From: Botryllus schlosseri
Lineage: Eukaryota
DNA: 64,000 nucleotides
Direction: 5' to 3'
Assembly (NCBI GenBank): GCA_051294905.1
Contig: CM119371.1
Location: 8,248,001 to 8,312,000, forward strand
Below the pieces are notes generated by a model. It made no database searches and was not told the origin of the DNA. It saw only the letters and a program-made list of their open reading frames with translations. Made by a program: the position numbers and the translations under genes. Positions 26,201-36,768 of this stretch are shown here, piece by piece (the first letter of the stretch is position 1; each line of letters opens with the position of its first letter).

Positions 26201-27617
26201 TAGGGTTACCATATTTCAGCAACCCGAATTCCGGACACTCTTTAGCGCCCACTAGTGGATTTCAAAATGGGTTTATGACGTCACACTATCAAAGCTTTGC
26301 TCATAGACAAGAGGTGGTCACGATCCGGTTCAGGAGTATGTGGCTGTGTGTTGTGTAACCGGGACCGATGCGACATGTTTTCAACGGTCCGTGGACATAT
26401 GAGCATGCGACATTACAGCATGCGACGCTTTGGCATGCGACAATTTGGCATGCGACACATGAGCATGTGGGTTAAATTACGGGTTAGGGGTAGGTTAGGT
26501 TAGGTTTATGGTTGGGTTAGGGTTAGGGTTTAGGTTAGGTTAGGCTAGGTTAGGTTAGGTTAGGCTATGTTTCGGGTTAGGGTAAGTTTTTGGGTTATAC
26601 AGTCTCATGCTGAAGTGACGCATGCTGATGTGTTCCATGCTGAACTGTCGTTTTCCAATGTGTCGCATGCTCATATGTCGGGCAACCGTTTTCAACCCCT
26701 CCCCGCCCAAATAAACAATGATCTTGAGCCCACACCATAGGGTAATCGATACAACTTCTGGGGGGAGGGGGTGCTTGCTATATGAATCTGGTTTCTACAT
26801 GCATCTGGTCGTCCAATTATTTAAATGAATTCTGTCAATAATATTGGTGGTTCCACTCTCTGCCCACATGATCAGAGTTAGCGGTCGAGCTGGTGGAGGA
26901 TGATGACTTCGAAAATACAGGGAGCGTAATTGCACATCGTTAAGTCATGTTCATGTCCTACCGATAAGATTGTTTATCAGCCTTATGCCGGTGCGCACCA
27001 CGGAGCTTTATAAACACCCCAAATCCAGTGGTTTCCAACCTTTTATGGTCGCGACTCCATCTCCAATTTGAAAATGTTCCGTGACCCAGATCAAAATTTG
27101 ACGAGCTGATTACTAAAAGTCAGCACCTTTGCCCGGACTTACTCACGGGCTATTTTGAAAGCTGATTACGTTCAACATATTCGCAAACCCCAGAATAAAG
27201 GCAAACGACCCCCTCCACCCCCGTTTGGAACAACTATATCTTTGAATAAAGCATTTAAACGGCCTTAACGATCTCTAGGAATACCGTTCTCCTATAATTG
27301 CGATTGCAATTAGGCTTATTCCAGTAAATGAACGTTGTTTTATTTATATTTTTGGCAGTTTTTGCGAGAGTGGTAGGCCTAGTCTCCATATTAAAATCAA
27401 TAAATGTGATAGTAAATCGCGCGCAGCGCGAAGAAAAATATCATGCATCAGCATAAATATTTCAAAAAATATTGATTTTATGCTGATTTACGAAAAAAAT
27501 ATGAGCCTACGTCAAAATTCCGGACAGTTGGCATATTTTAAAAATTCCTCCCGGACGCTAGTTTGAACAGTGAAATTCCGGACATGTCCGGGAAATTCCG
27601 GACGTATGGCAACCCTA
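26201..27617. mobile_element. hAT MITE (TAGGGTTACC/TCCGGAC family)
   Basis: TAGGGTTACCATA...TATGGCAACCCTA; perfect TSD GCATAGCC; colinear homologue at 56751-58171. Confidence 0.92.
26386..26687. mobile_element. Mutator-like MITE with 15-bp GCATGCGAC repeats and a (GGTTA)n core
   Basis: GG...CC termini, inverted 15-bp repeat arms, perfect 9-bp TSD GTTTTCAAC; absent from homologue 56751-58171. Confidence 0.85.
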
Positions 27618-28504
27618 GCATAGCCTTATAATATAATATAGTGGCTATCTACAATTGTCAGTTGTTTCTTTTACCCTACTATGTACTATTGTACTATACT
27701 GAAATTGATACTAGGGCCAACAATTTCCGTATGACAGACCCCAGTCTCGTGATCGAAGTTGAATCAGGTCAAAACACCACGAGAATGATATCAGTAATAT
27801 TCATTTCCACGTATACATTGGCAGCAGAGATTTTCAGGCTAATGAATTTTGCCAATAGCCTGGTAAACTTCAGAAACGAGTAACTGTCAGTAATTTTGCG
27901 AAGAAATTCTGGTAACTTGACTTTAGAGCTAAATTGAGGTAATATTACATATCAAAATGTGAAATTACAAGCTACGAACAGTTATTGGCAGCTACCGGTA
28001 ATTCGTTGCAAAATTTACAAAGATTTCCCAGTAAATCTACCAGTTTTTTTACAGTGTATGTTTGTACAATTTTGCTACAAAAACCAGGGAGCGGGTTTCT
28101 GATATTGCAGTTACTCCCGAGGAAGCTACGAATATAACATTTGAAGTTGGACCACTGACGCAATAGCCTATCTTGAAAATAAGATCAACACATATTTCTA
28201 ATAATTTTAAAATTTTGAACGAACACAGTAAACCTTGATGGTGTAAAAATAATAAAGATAACGAAATGAGCATGACTTCGTGGAATGAAAGATTCAACTA
28301 CAATTGCACTGTAGATGGTAAACAACGAGCAGATGTCCCATTATTGTATTCAAATTCACAAATATGAAGTGAAAAAATGTAACGAAATATTTGCACCGTC
28401 GACAATACCTATAAGGCGAGGAACACTTGGCAGGCAGGGACAATGAAATATTATAAACAAATGTTTCATTTCAGAAAATGTGAACCGTCGATAATACCTA
28501 TAAG

Positions 28505-29846
28505 CAGGCCGTGTTATTTTTGGCATATGCCAAAACTGCCAAAAATAGCTTATTTTTGGCATTTTTCAATTTTTATTTTTGGCAGTTTTGGCATCGACCT
28601 CTAAATAGATATTTTCAGACTCGAATTAGTCATAAAAACGCTTTATTTGGGTCAGTTTATCAATAGAGACCAAACAATGTGCAGCATCCACTGATAATCA
28701 GTACTAACAAACAATAATAATAAGAAAAAATCTAGCGATTACAAAGGTTAATAATGTCAAACGAAACCACAAAATGTGCAGTATCCATTCGGAATCTGTG
28801 CCAATAAGCAAAAAAATGAGAAGCCTAACAAACACGCTCAACACCTGATTGTTAGAGCTTTTGAATAGACTTAAATTGTTTGCACTGTAACAGTGCTTCC
28901 AAACTCAGGTCAGCAAAGTTTCTCCTGAATTAATTTTTCGCCCAACGAATCTGGGAAATATCGGCTTCAACAGTAGCCGTTGAGGGAAAGAATGTTGCCA
29001 GTCCTCCACAAAAGGTTTTCAGAGCTTCAAAATCTTCGGAGGGCGGAACCGGCTTCCAAGCATCATGAAAAGAGATCACTATGCGCTAGTGCCATCGATC
29101 TCATCGCGGAAAGAATTTTCTTCCCGATACTTTTCCAGGAGTTCCCTGTGTTGTCTCTCAACACATTCTATTTTGTAGCGCGACCATCACATCTCTCCAT
29201 TTTAGGAGGACTTTTGTCACGTCAGATGGCTTTAATATTACCAACTCACATGGAAGAAGCCTGGGAAGGTTAGCTTTGTTAAGAACATTAACGCAACAAG
29301 ACTGTCTGGCAAAACGAGACTGCAACTCAGAAATAACCGGGCTTTTTGTTGTGTCACAATGGTCAACTCTATCACAATGCAAAAATCGTGGTTGAATTTG
29401 GGGGTTCCAGATCCATGAGCAGAATACAATTTATATTTTAGTAATCAGTACAGCGGCAGCTTTCCATTGACACCCGTTTTATAAAATTTAGCGCTTGGCA
29501 AGCCGGTCGAAAATGGCCGTAAAATTGCCTTTGGACAAATGGTAAGTATGACGTAAACCAAATGCAGTCAGCCGTTCAATCTCGCTGTGCCCACACCATT
29601 TAGGGCACCATGATTTCTCTCCTAATAGGTGGGCTGGACCCATAGAGTAAGAAACCTGCCCTTCACACACGCTCTTCCCGCTTGTAATGCGGTCCTGTTA
29701 ACACAACACCATGAAAGAAATACACTATTGGCAGGCCGTGTTATTTTTGGCATATGCCAAAAATTAGTTATTTTTGGCATTTTCAAATTTTTATTTTTGG
29801 CAGTTTTGGCATCTGGCTCCTGAAATGCCAAAAATAACACGGCCTG
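28505..29846. mobile_element. hAT-type element (CAGGCCGTGTTATTTTTGGCA family); left end repeated at 29732
   Basis: TIR CAGGCCGTGTTATTTTTGGCA / TGCCAAAAATAACACGGCCTG; perfect TSD CCTATAAG. Confidence 0.85.
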
Positions 29847-29854
29847 CCTATAAG

Positions 29855-30050
29855 CAATGTTCCCTCTAAGCTACTCATGTGCGCAAATGCGCAGCGCTGA
29901 CACGGTCTCTGCGCACAGAAAATCTAAGTTGAGCACGAAAAAATCCGAAGTGATGACTTTTTTTTCAGACGTTTACGCACTGTTGTCCAAGGATCTGCGC
30001 AGTGAGTTGGTGAGTGTGCGCAAACTCGTCGAAAATTACAGGGAACATTG
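29855..30050. mobile_element. MITE (CAATGTTCCCT family)
   Basis: CAATGTTCCCT...AGGGAACATTG; TSD CCTATAAG/CCTATTAG; inverted homologue at ~37336-37520. Confidence 0.85.
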
Positions 30051-30213
30051 CCTATTAGGCGAGGAACACTTGACAGGCAGGCACAATGAGATATGATAAA
30101 GAAATGTTGCCTTTCAGAAAATGCGTATTCGGCTATTTACATAACTTGACTGGAAGGCACAATAATGAAATAATTGAACAAAGAAAGATTGCATTACAGA
30201 TGTCACTAATTCC

Positions 30214-30450
30214 TCATTTTCCAAGTTCTAATCTATATTTTTCCATTTTTATCGTATGTTCTTCCATACGCATTTCGAATTCTTGCTTTTTAAAATATCT
30301 TTCTTCGTCTCTCATGTCTTTTCTTTCTTAGAGCTCCTCATTCTTGGACACCATCAGTTTAATTCAAAGCTCATCGCAGCTTCTTTTACGAAGTTTCGAT
30401 TGTTTTTCTGGATTAAAACAAGTCCATATTAACTCTGCGATGAGGTAGTA
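30214..30450 (-). pseudogene. Coiled-coil C-terminal exon remnant, probably Harbinger ORF2 (Myb/SANT-type partner)
   Basis: Reads ...KLRKRSCDEL*IKLMVSKNEEL*ERKDMRDEERYFKKQEFEMRMEEHTIKMEKYRLELGK*; tail-to-tail with the transposase; the Myb domain itself was not recognised. Confidence 0.45.
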
Positions 30451-30697
30451 ACCTGTCATGAAACTAAAACTTGTATTAGGAAGCCCATCACAAAGAAATC
30501 ATTTGAAAATTCTCCTTGCCTTGTTGGCTGATATTTTTTCCTCTAATGGCTGATATCAATATCTGTTTCCAAGTGTGGTATCCATTCGATTTGAGCGGTG
30601 AACCAATAATCGGTCAGTCTCTAGTCATTAAAAACTTGTATTTTGCAACCAGCTGATCACAAAGTGCAGAATTGGTAGTTTTCATTGTATTGTATAC

Positions 30698-31103
30698 TAG
30701 AGCCCGAACGATATTGAAGTTTTTGGCCGATACCGATAAACCAATATCTAACTCCTTCACCGATAACTACTATAGCTTATATTGAAAATGTGTGGATTAC
30801 CTTAAAATGCGCATTTAAAAAACTTCAGAGCATCTATTTGAACAGCCTTACAGCCAATGCTATACTTGGACAGGAAATAAACTAGAAAGGCTGTATCAGG
30901 ACACCTGTAAAGTGTAATGTATGTGAAATATATCATTATTCTCAGTCCAGTGGTCAAAGAGTATAGTTTATGAACTTCCTATCACCATGCTGTGACGTAA
31001 CGAAAACTAGTTATTCATTTCCAATGGCCGATACCAATAATTATTTCGAAGAGTGATATCGAGTCTAGACTATTTGCAAATCGATATAATCGGTCAGGCT
31101 CCA
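30698..31103. mobile_element. hAT MITE with CCGATA repeats
   Basis: TAGAGCCCGAACGAT...ATCGGTCAGGCTCCA; perfect TSD TTGTATAC. Confidence 0.8.
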
Positions 31104-31158
31104 TTGTATACCGTCTTATATCTAATACTTGAAAATATGGTTGGCGGTACTAAACTTG

Positions 31159-31765
31159 AGTATTGCTTTCACAACTACATTCATTGCAGTAAAGAATTTA
31201 TTAACTCGAAGACTTTTCGTGTGCCCCTTATCGAGAGTTAACGGCACAATAATAAGCATACAGACAGAGATTCAAGCGAAAACCAAATTGGCAAAGTATG
31301 ACGTAATGATACAATAATAAAAAAAATAGACGCTAGGCAAAGTCAGCTGTACAGGTAGTCATAACAAGAGACGAGAGAAAATCAAATTATACAATAATAC
31401 ACGGAAGACAACACACAGAAAAATAGCGTTATATATTAATCGGAAATTTTGAGATAATATAGTAACTCTTTCTGCCGACATAAATCCGGATTGGTCAATT
31501 TTATTATAGTAGTTCATTAAATGTTGATCAATTGCAGAGTTGAACGCTGAGACCTGGTTATAGGAAGTAGAGTCAACCACTTCCTCACACCGACGAACAA
31601 GTGCAGATCGATCGATAGGTTTATTTACTGACCTAATCGATTTAGGCACATGTTGGTTCACTCGTTCAGCCAACCGTAAAGATGTGCGACCCGATAAGGG
31701 GCACACGAAAAGTCTTTAGTTAATAAATTCCTGACTGCAATGAATGTCGTTGTGAAAGCAATACT
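31159..31765 (-). mobile_element. Truncated Penelope-like retroelement with inverted pLTR segments
   Basis: GRTSLRLAERVNQHVPKSIR...SAIDQHL is the Penelope GIY-YIG region; ~75-bp inverted repeat at 31159-31233 / 31692-31765. Confidence 0.8.
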
Positions 31766-32901
31766 AATCTTATATCAATTGTTACAGTATGGTAACTATG
31801 TGCTTTGCACTGGTAATCAGCAATCTTTCGAGCAGTCAAACACCATTTCCAACTTTATCGTTCGCAGATTCACTTCACTAGAAAACTCAGTACAAAGTGG
31901 GAATTTTTTACATAACAATGGTTGGGGCAGTGGAGCAGAAGTTTGCCAAACTCTTCGAAACTGCAAGATTGTATATGTTATAATATCAACTCGACTTGAA
32001 ATTCGAATGAGTATAAGCTACATACCAGGTGCCAGATCACTCGTTTTTGTCACGCATGTTGACTGCGATTCCCTGTAGCTTGTTTCTGAAAAAAATGTGA
32101 ATGTTTCAGAAGGATTTGAGGCTATACGTATGTTTACACATGCACAATGCACATGCATATTTGGTAGTGATTGTGGAAAATACTGAAACCGATCATTTGA
32201 CGACTAGCAAAAAAACTCATTATAAAATCGCTGAATGTATGACAAGAACGTTTGATATCGTGAATGCATGCCCTTTAATACATCACCGGGTAAGAATTCG
32301 ATATAATATACATCTACACTTGTACAATTGATATGTTAACAAAAAGTAGTGATGAAAATAACGAGAAGAGTTGCCTCTGACACGAACCGATCATCATCAT
32401 GAGGAACACTTCTCGATGTGGTCAATGTATCGAACAAGTTCTCATTACTTTCTCGCAAAATAATTCACATGATTGATTTTCTGCAGTAACTACAGAGAAT
32501 ACGGTGGAATCACTTTCAAAATGATGTTCAAGTGGCTGAACCTGTGCTGGTATGACAGCTATAGGCATTAATTTACTGATATGCGCCATATTATGGATAT
32601 AATTAATGCCTACAAACTTTACTTGAAATAAATAGCACCGTCACCAGGTCAGATACCATATCTTCAGTCTCTCTTCCAATTGAATGTTCTGAAGGCATTC
32701 TGTCATATTCAGTTTTGACAATTTCTCTTGTTTTGAAGCAACCTTCAATTGCTATTCTATTTTTAGCCATGTTTGGTGATGTGGCATTTCACGGCTTGGT
32801 TGATTGTTTCCAATGCAAGAGAACGGCTAAACTTGTTTATTACATAGTTTGTATGCAATTATCATTAAACATTTTGTAATAACATGATCATCAGTCAATA
32901 A

Positions 32902-33228
32902 TAGGCTTACCATACGTCCTCTTTTAAGAGGATTTGTCCTCTTTTTTGACTTTTTTGAAAGTGTCCTCGAAGGACGCCCTTTTGTCTTCTTTTTTGAGAT
33001 TTTGTCCTCTTTTTTGAAAATTTAGGTGAGATTTAGAGCAACTTGCGAGTGATATCGCAAATTAGCACAGAAGTGACGCTCCGGCGGGTATTTCGGAGTG
33101 AAAAACGGCGATTTTAGCTCTGAGCGGAAAGATGACTTTTTTTTTAGTCAAACGATACAAGTCTTTTACAAGTCTGAAATTTCTGAAAAAGTGTCCTCTT
33201 TTTAGATTTCCAAAATATGGTAACCCTA
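32902..33228. mobile_element. hAT MITE (TAGGGTTACCATACGTCC family)
   Basis: TAGGCTTACCATA...TATGGTAACCCTA; perfect TSD GTCAATAA. Confidence 0.88.
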
Positions 33229-33659
33229 GTCAATAAGAAGAAGCACAATTGAATACCGGTAACAAGATATCGCCAACATGCAATATTCACTCTCTTTATA
33301 ATGAACCTCAGATAAGCAATTTCAATCTACAATGCCATAACTATTACAAACCTCGCCAAATTCACATGCTTGTGTACCTTAATCCAGACTTTGATCCTGG
33401 TGGCGACCAGGATCAAGAAGCAGCAGTCTATACTCAATCGGTTCTGGCAGGATATTACTAATCTACCTTTCTGGTCCGCAGAAAATCCAGCAACGTGCAA
33501 AATCGCCAGATCTTTTATTTGATCTATTTTTGGCCTCCACCCTGCATTGCATTATTTCCGAAATCGTTTTGTACAACCTAATCAAGTACTATAAATCTTT
33601 AAATAGCATTCGGGATTACTTTGTTCGATTTACACAAAGAGACGCTTAGGAGTACAGAA

Positions 33660-34180
33660 CTTCATGACACATTTGAATAAAATATTCATTTTATTCCCGA
33701 AGCTTTTCGGCTGACGCTCGCCAGGGGAATATCGTCAGCAATAATGCGAGAATTCGAATAACTATGTTCAGCAACAAAATATATCGCTAATTATGACGTC
33801 ACACAGACAATATACAAAGTTGGGAAAACGAGAGAACTGCAGCGTTGGCATGGAGATAGCGAAGCAAAACAAGTTAATGCGCGATTTTCAAATGATACAC
33901 AAATTCTTTCTGTTGGCATAGACTAGGTTTGCTCATAGTGATGATCGTGGACTCAAGAACAGACAAATGAAATAAATTGCGACCCTTAGCCAATATAGAG
34001 AACATGTCCTCGTGATAGTTAGCAGCACACGTATGATTTTTTAGTAAATGTTTGCCTATAGAAGATTTTTGACCCATGGCCTGGTTATGTTCAAGAACAA
34101 GCGGATTGTTAATCTGCGAATTTGAGATATAAGATTTGACAGACGGTGGAATGTTTGTTCGATTTACCTTTGATACGAAA
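33660..34180 (-). mobile_element. Penelope-like retroelement 3' fragment (GIY-YIG endonuclease C-terminus plus pLTR)
   Basis: ORF 33874-34077 SSIGKHLLKNHTCAANYHEDMFSILAKGRNLFHLSVLESTIITMSKPSLCQQKEF; downstream hammerhead motif and AATAAA. Confidence 0.9.
33692..33731 (-). ncRNA. Minimal type I hammerhead ribozyme motif (one core mismatch)
   Basis: TATTCCC-CTGGCGA-GCGTCAGCC-GAA-AAGCTT-C-GGGAATA: 7-bp stem I, CUGANGA core with A6>G, GAAA, palindromic stem III, UC cleavage site. Confidence 0.75.
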
Positions 34181-36440
34181 ACGAATATGCGTGGAACCGG
34201 TGCGAATATTAATCGAATATAAATTTAGTGATTTGAATCGATTGACAATACGTAAATAATTAGCTACATGTTGCAGGGAATGTTTTACAAATGGATTAGA
34301 GTTACTTTCACTCATTCCCATATCTAATTGGATTAGATATATGTAATACGCATTGAATGGGGCATTTCCACTTCATTCTGAACACTAGAAGCGATAAAGA
34401 TAAGTCGACCAAAAACTGTTTTGTTGCAATATGCTTTACTATGGGACTGGACTAACCACGGACCTAATTTCGACTCTTGACGCACACGAGGATGGTGAAA
34501 GTATCCATATCAATGGATATCAATGAATCTTCCATATGGATACAAAATAGCTGTTAGCGACGAAAATGATGATATTTCTTGGCGTCTTGTCTTCATGATG
34601 GACATAGGCATCCTGGCAGCTTCTATTGCTGTTAATTTTCAACAGTCGCATGATATGGCTGTTGTTATATTCCTCCTTGTGTACGAATGACGGTCATTTG
34701 AACTCTAAAGATGCATCAATTAGAAACAGGAAGTTATCGGAAGGATGGTTCCGTTTACAAAGAAGAGGTATGGATGCCTGGTCTTGGAAAAGTTGTCTGC
34801 AGAATATAATTTCACCAACATGCTTCCCATGCAGTAAATTAGTTCCCCTTGAGTGTTGTGGAAAATCATGTAATGTGCAGTTGCTGCTGTGAGGTCCTAC
34901 AACATATAAAAATCATGCGTTTGAATGACAATGAAGCTGATGAAACTTCAATACGAGAGAGGCAGTGTCATCTGTTTTCAATGGAAGAGGTTGCAGAAGA
35001 GACGTCTACGCTAAAAAGCTAAAGTGAAAGCTGTTGCAAAAGAATAGACCGTAGAGTCATCAGTCACGGCATCTTGTTATGACAATTAAACAATTTGGAA
35101 AAGGGCTAGCTGAATCTATAGTTATTCACCCGTTATCAAAAGAACTAAGAAGCATACTTGGTGAATTACAGCCACCATTTCAATGATAAATCCATCAAAT
35201 ATTGTACCGGTACTTTTTTCAAGTACAGTCGCTTCAACTTCTCCTTTGACATTATGGTGTGTTGCCTATGGATTGAATTGCAGCTGTTGGACATTGAACC
35301 CAGAAGAGTATTTCAGTGAAGCTGAGTAAAGCCAGGGATGATTATGAGCCAAGCCAGAGTGGACGATTATTGACTATTGTTTGCTACCCGGACTCTTATT
35401 ATATGTATCTGATAGTACATTATATTGGTAGCGCAACGAACTTTGTTAAAACCTTCAAGACTTTCAAGTACAAACTCGATGATCAAGAATGACCGATGCT
35501 CGCGAGCTCGTTTTTGTGTTTTACAATCTGCAACTTTCACATTAGCATTCTTGGATATGGTGATGCTATTTGGATTGTCGGGACATCATATTGTGTGTGA
35601 TTTCTCATTTCACTATCCACTAAGCCCATTTACATGGTCAAGTCGTCTTGAAGCCAAGTCGTCTTGGAGTGACGTCATGAGACGGCTTGCCAAAGTGATC
35701 GAGTTTACATGGTCAATGGTCATGTTTATCGCAGCTCGAGTGATACACAGCACTTTGGCATTCAGCTCGGGAATATGCTACGGCAGTTGAGATATCCAGA
35801 AATACTTCAACACAATTCTAGAATGACCAAATACACCGTGTATATATTCTTTCTGATAGTGAGTTGTGCAAGTTATATTGTGGCTGTACTCGCTTCATAA
35901 GTTGTGACGCTGAACAAACAAGACCACGTGCATATTAGAAAAGCAGTATCATGTACTGATAGAGCTTTCATATTCACCCAGTTGAAATACGTGCCGGTTT
36001 CGTGAAATATGAACATGAAATGTTGGTATGTTGCTGTAGTCTGGATTTGTTTTCAAGTACCGGTAATGTTCAAGCCGTCTCCAAGCGACTCTGCGGAACG
36101 GATTGAGCTCAAGACGGATTGAAGCCGTCTGCCTTTTTCTCTTTTTCAAAAACGAGAGAGTCGGATTGACGAGTCAGCTTCGAAGCTGACCCAAACGGCC
36201 ATGTAAATGGGCTTAATGACATAACTATAACACATTAAAACAACACTGCGCTCTAAATATAATGTTGTCTGAAATGAAAGTGGAGAGTGTGAAAAACATT
36301 TTGGCCGCAGCAATGTTCTCTTTGAAAGCGACCGATTTTGAACGGAAACTATAACAAATAATTTCACGATTTTGCGAGTCCACTCTGTGCATCTCTATGG
36401 TATTGAGGTCACGTGTCCTCTCTTTTGCCTGGCTTTAAAT

Positions 36441-36760
36441 CAGTGGTTCCCAACCTTGTTCGACTCAACTCCCCATTTTCTAGCACCACACCGATCATCG
36501 CCCCCCAAATCTTGTGAACCGAAAAATGGGCATACAAACTGTGATCACCGGCGGGTTGAATAAAAAAAAAATCACCTTTTCGGCTCGATATCGAAGTTTT
36601 ACACTTTTGCAGCTAAATTTTCTTGGGTTGACTAAAAAAAGTCATTTCTGCGACTTGACTTCAATATAGCCGTTTCAACGCGCCATCGCCCGCTTCGCTA
36701 TTTTCGCTCCCTGTCCCCCCCCCCCCTAGACTGCCAAATCGCTCACGATGGAAACCAATG
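36441..36760. mobile_element. hAT MITE, same family as 23717-24109
   Basis: CAGTGGTTCCCAAC...GGAAACCAATG; TSD CTTTAAAT/CTTTAGAT. Confidence 0.8.
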
Positions 36761-36768
36761 CTTTAGAT

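Larger units (their letters stand above)
22142..28056. mobile_element. CACTA/EnSpm-like non-autonomous element with nested cargo
   Basis: CACTGTAAA...TTTTTACAGTG termini with TA duplication; removing it restores the transposase frame. Confidence 0.8.
20579..28238 (+). pseudogene. Harbinger (HARBI1-like, DDE_Tnp_4) transposase pseudogene in three pieces: 20579-20837, 21687-22141, 28059-28238
   Basis: Motifs FVDRYRFSK, QLLCALRFF.YG, IDGTYIQI, FSLNCQ, RWLGS, LLGDRGY, LMTP, EQCFDVLKQRF, and IIATV|CLYNFA rejoined across the CACTA insertion; frameshifts and stops present. Confidence 0.92.
20176..33542. mobile_element. Decayed PIF/Harbinger transposon expanded to ~13.4 kb by nested insertions
   Basis: Inverted repeat GGGTGGAGGCCAAAAA (20176) / TTTTTGGCCTCCACCC (33542) brackets a + strand HARBI1-type transposase and a - strand coiled-coil ORF2 remnant; flanking TAC/TGC is at best an imperfect TSD. 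Confidence 0.6.
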
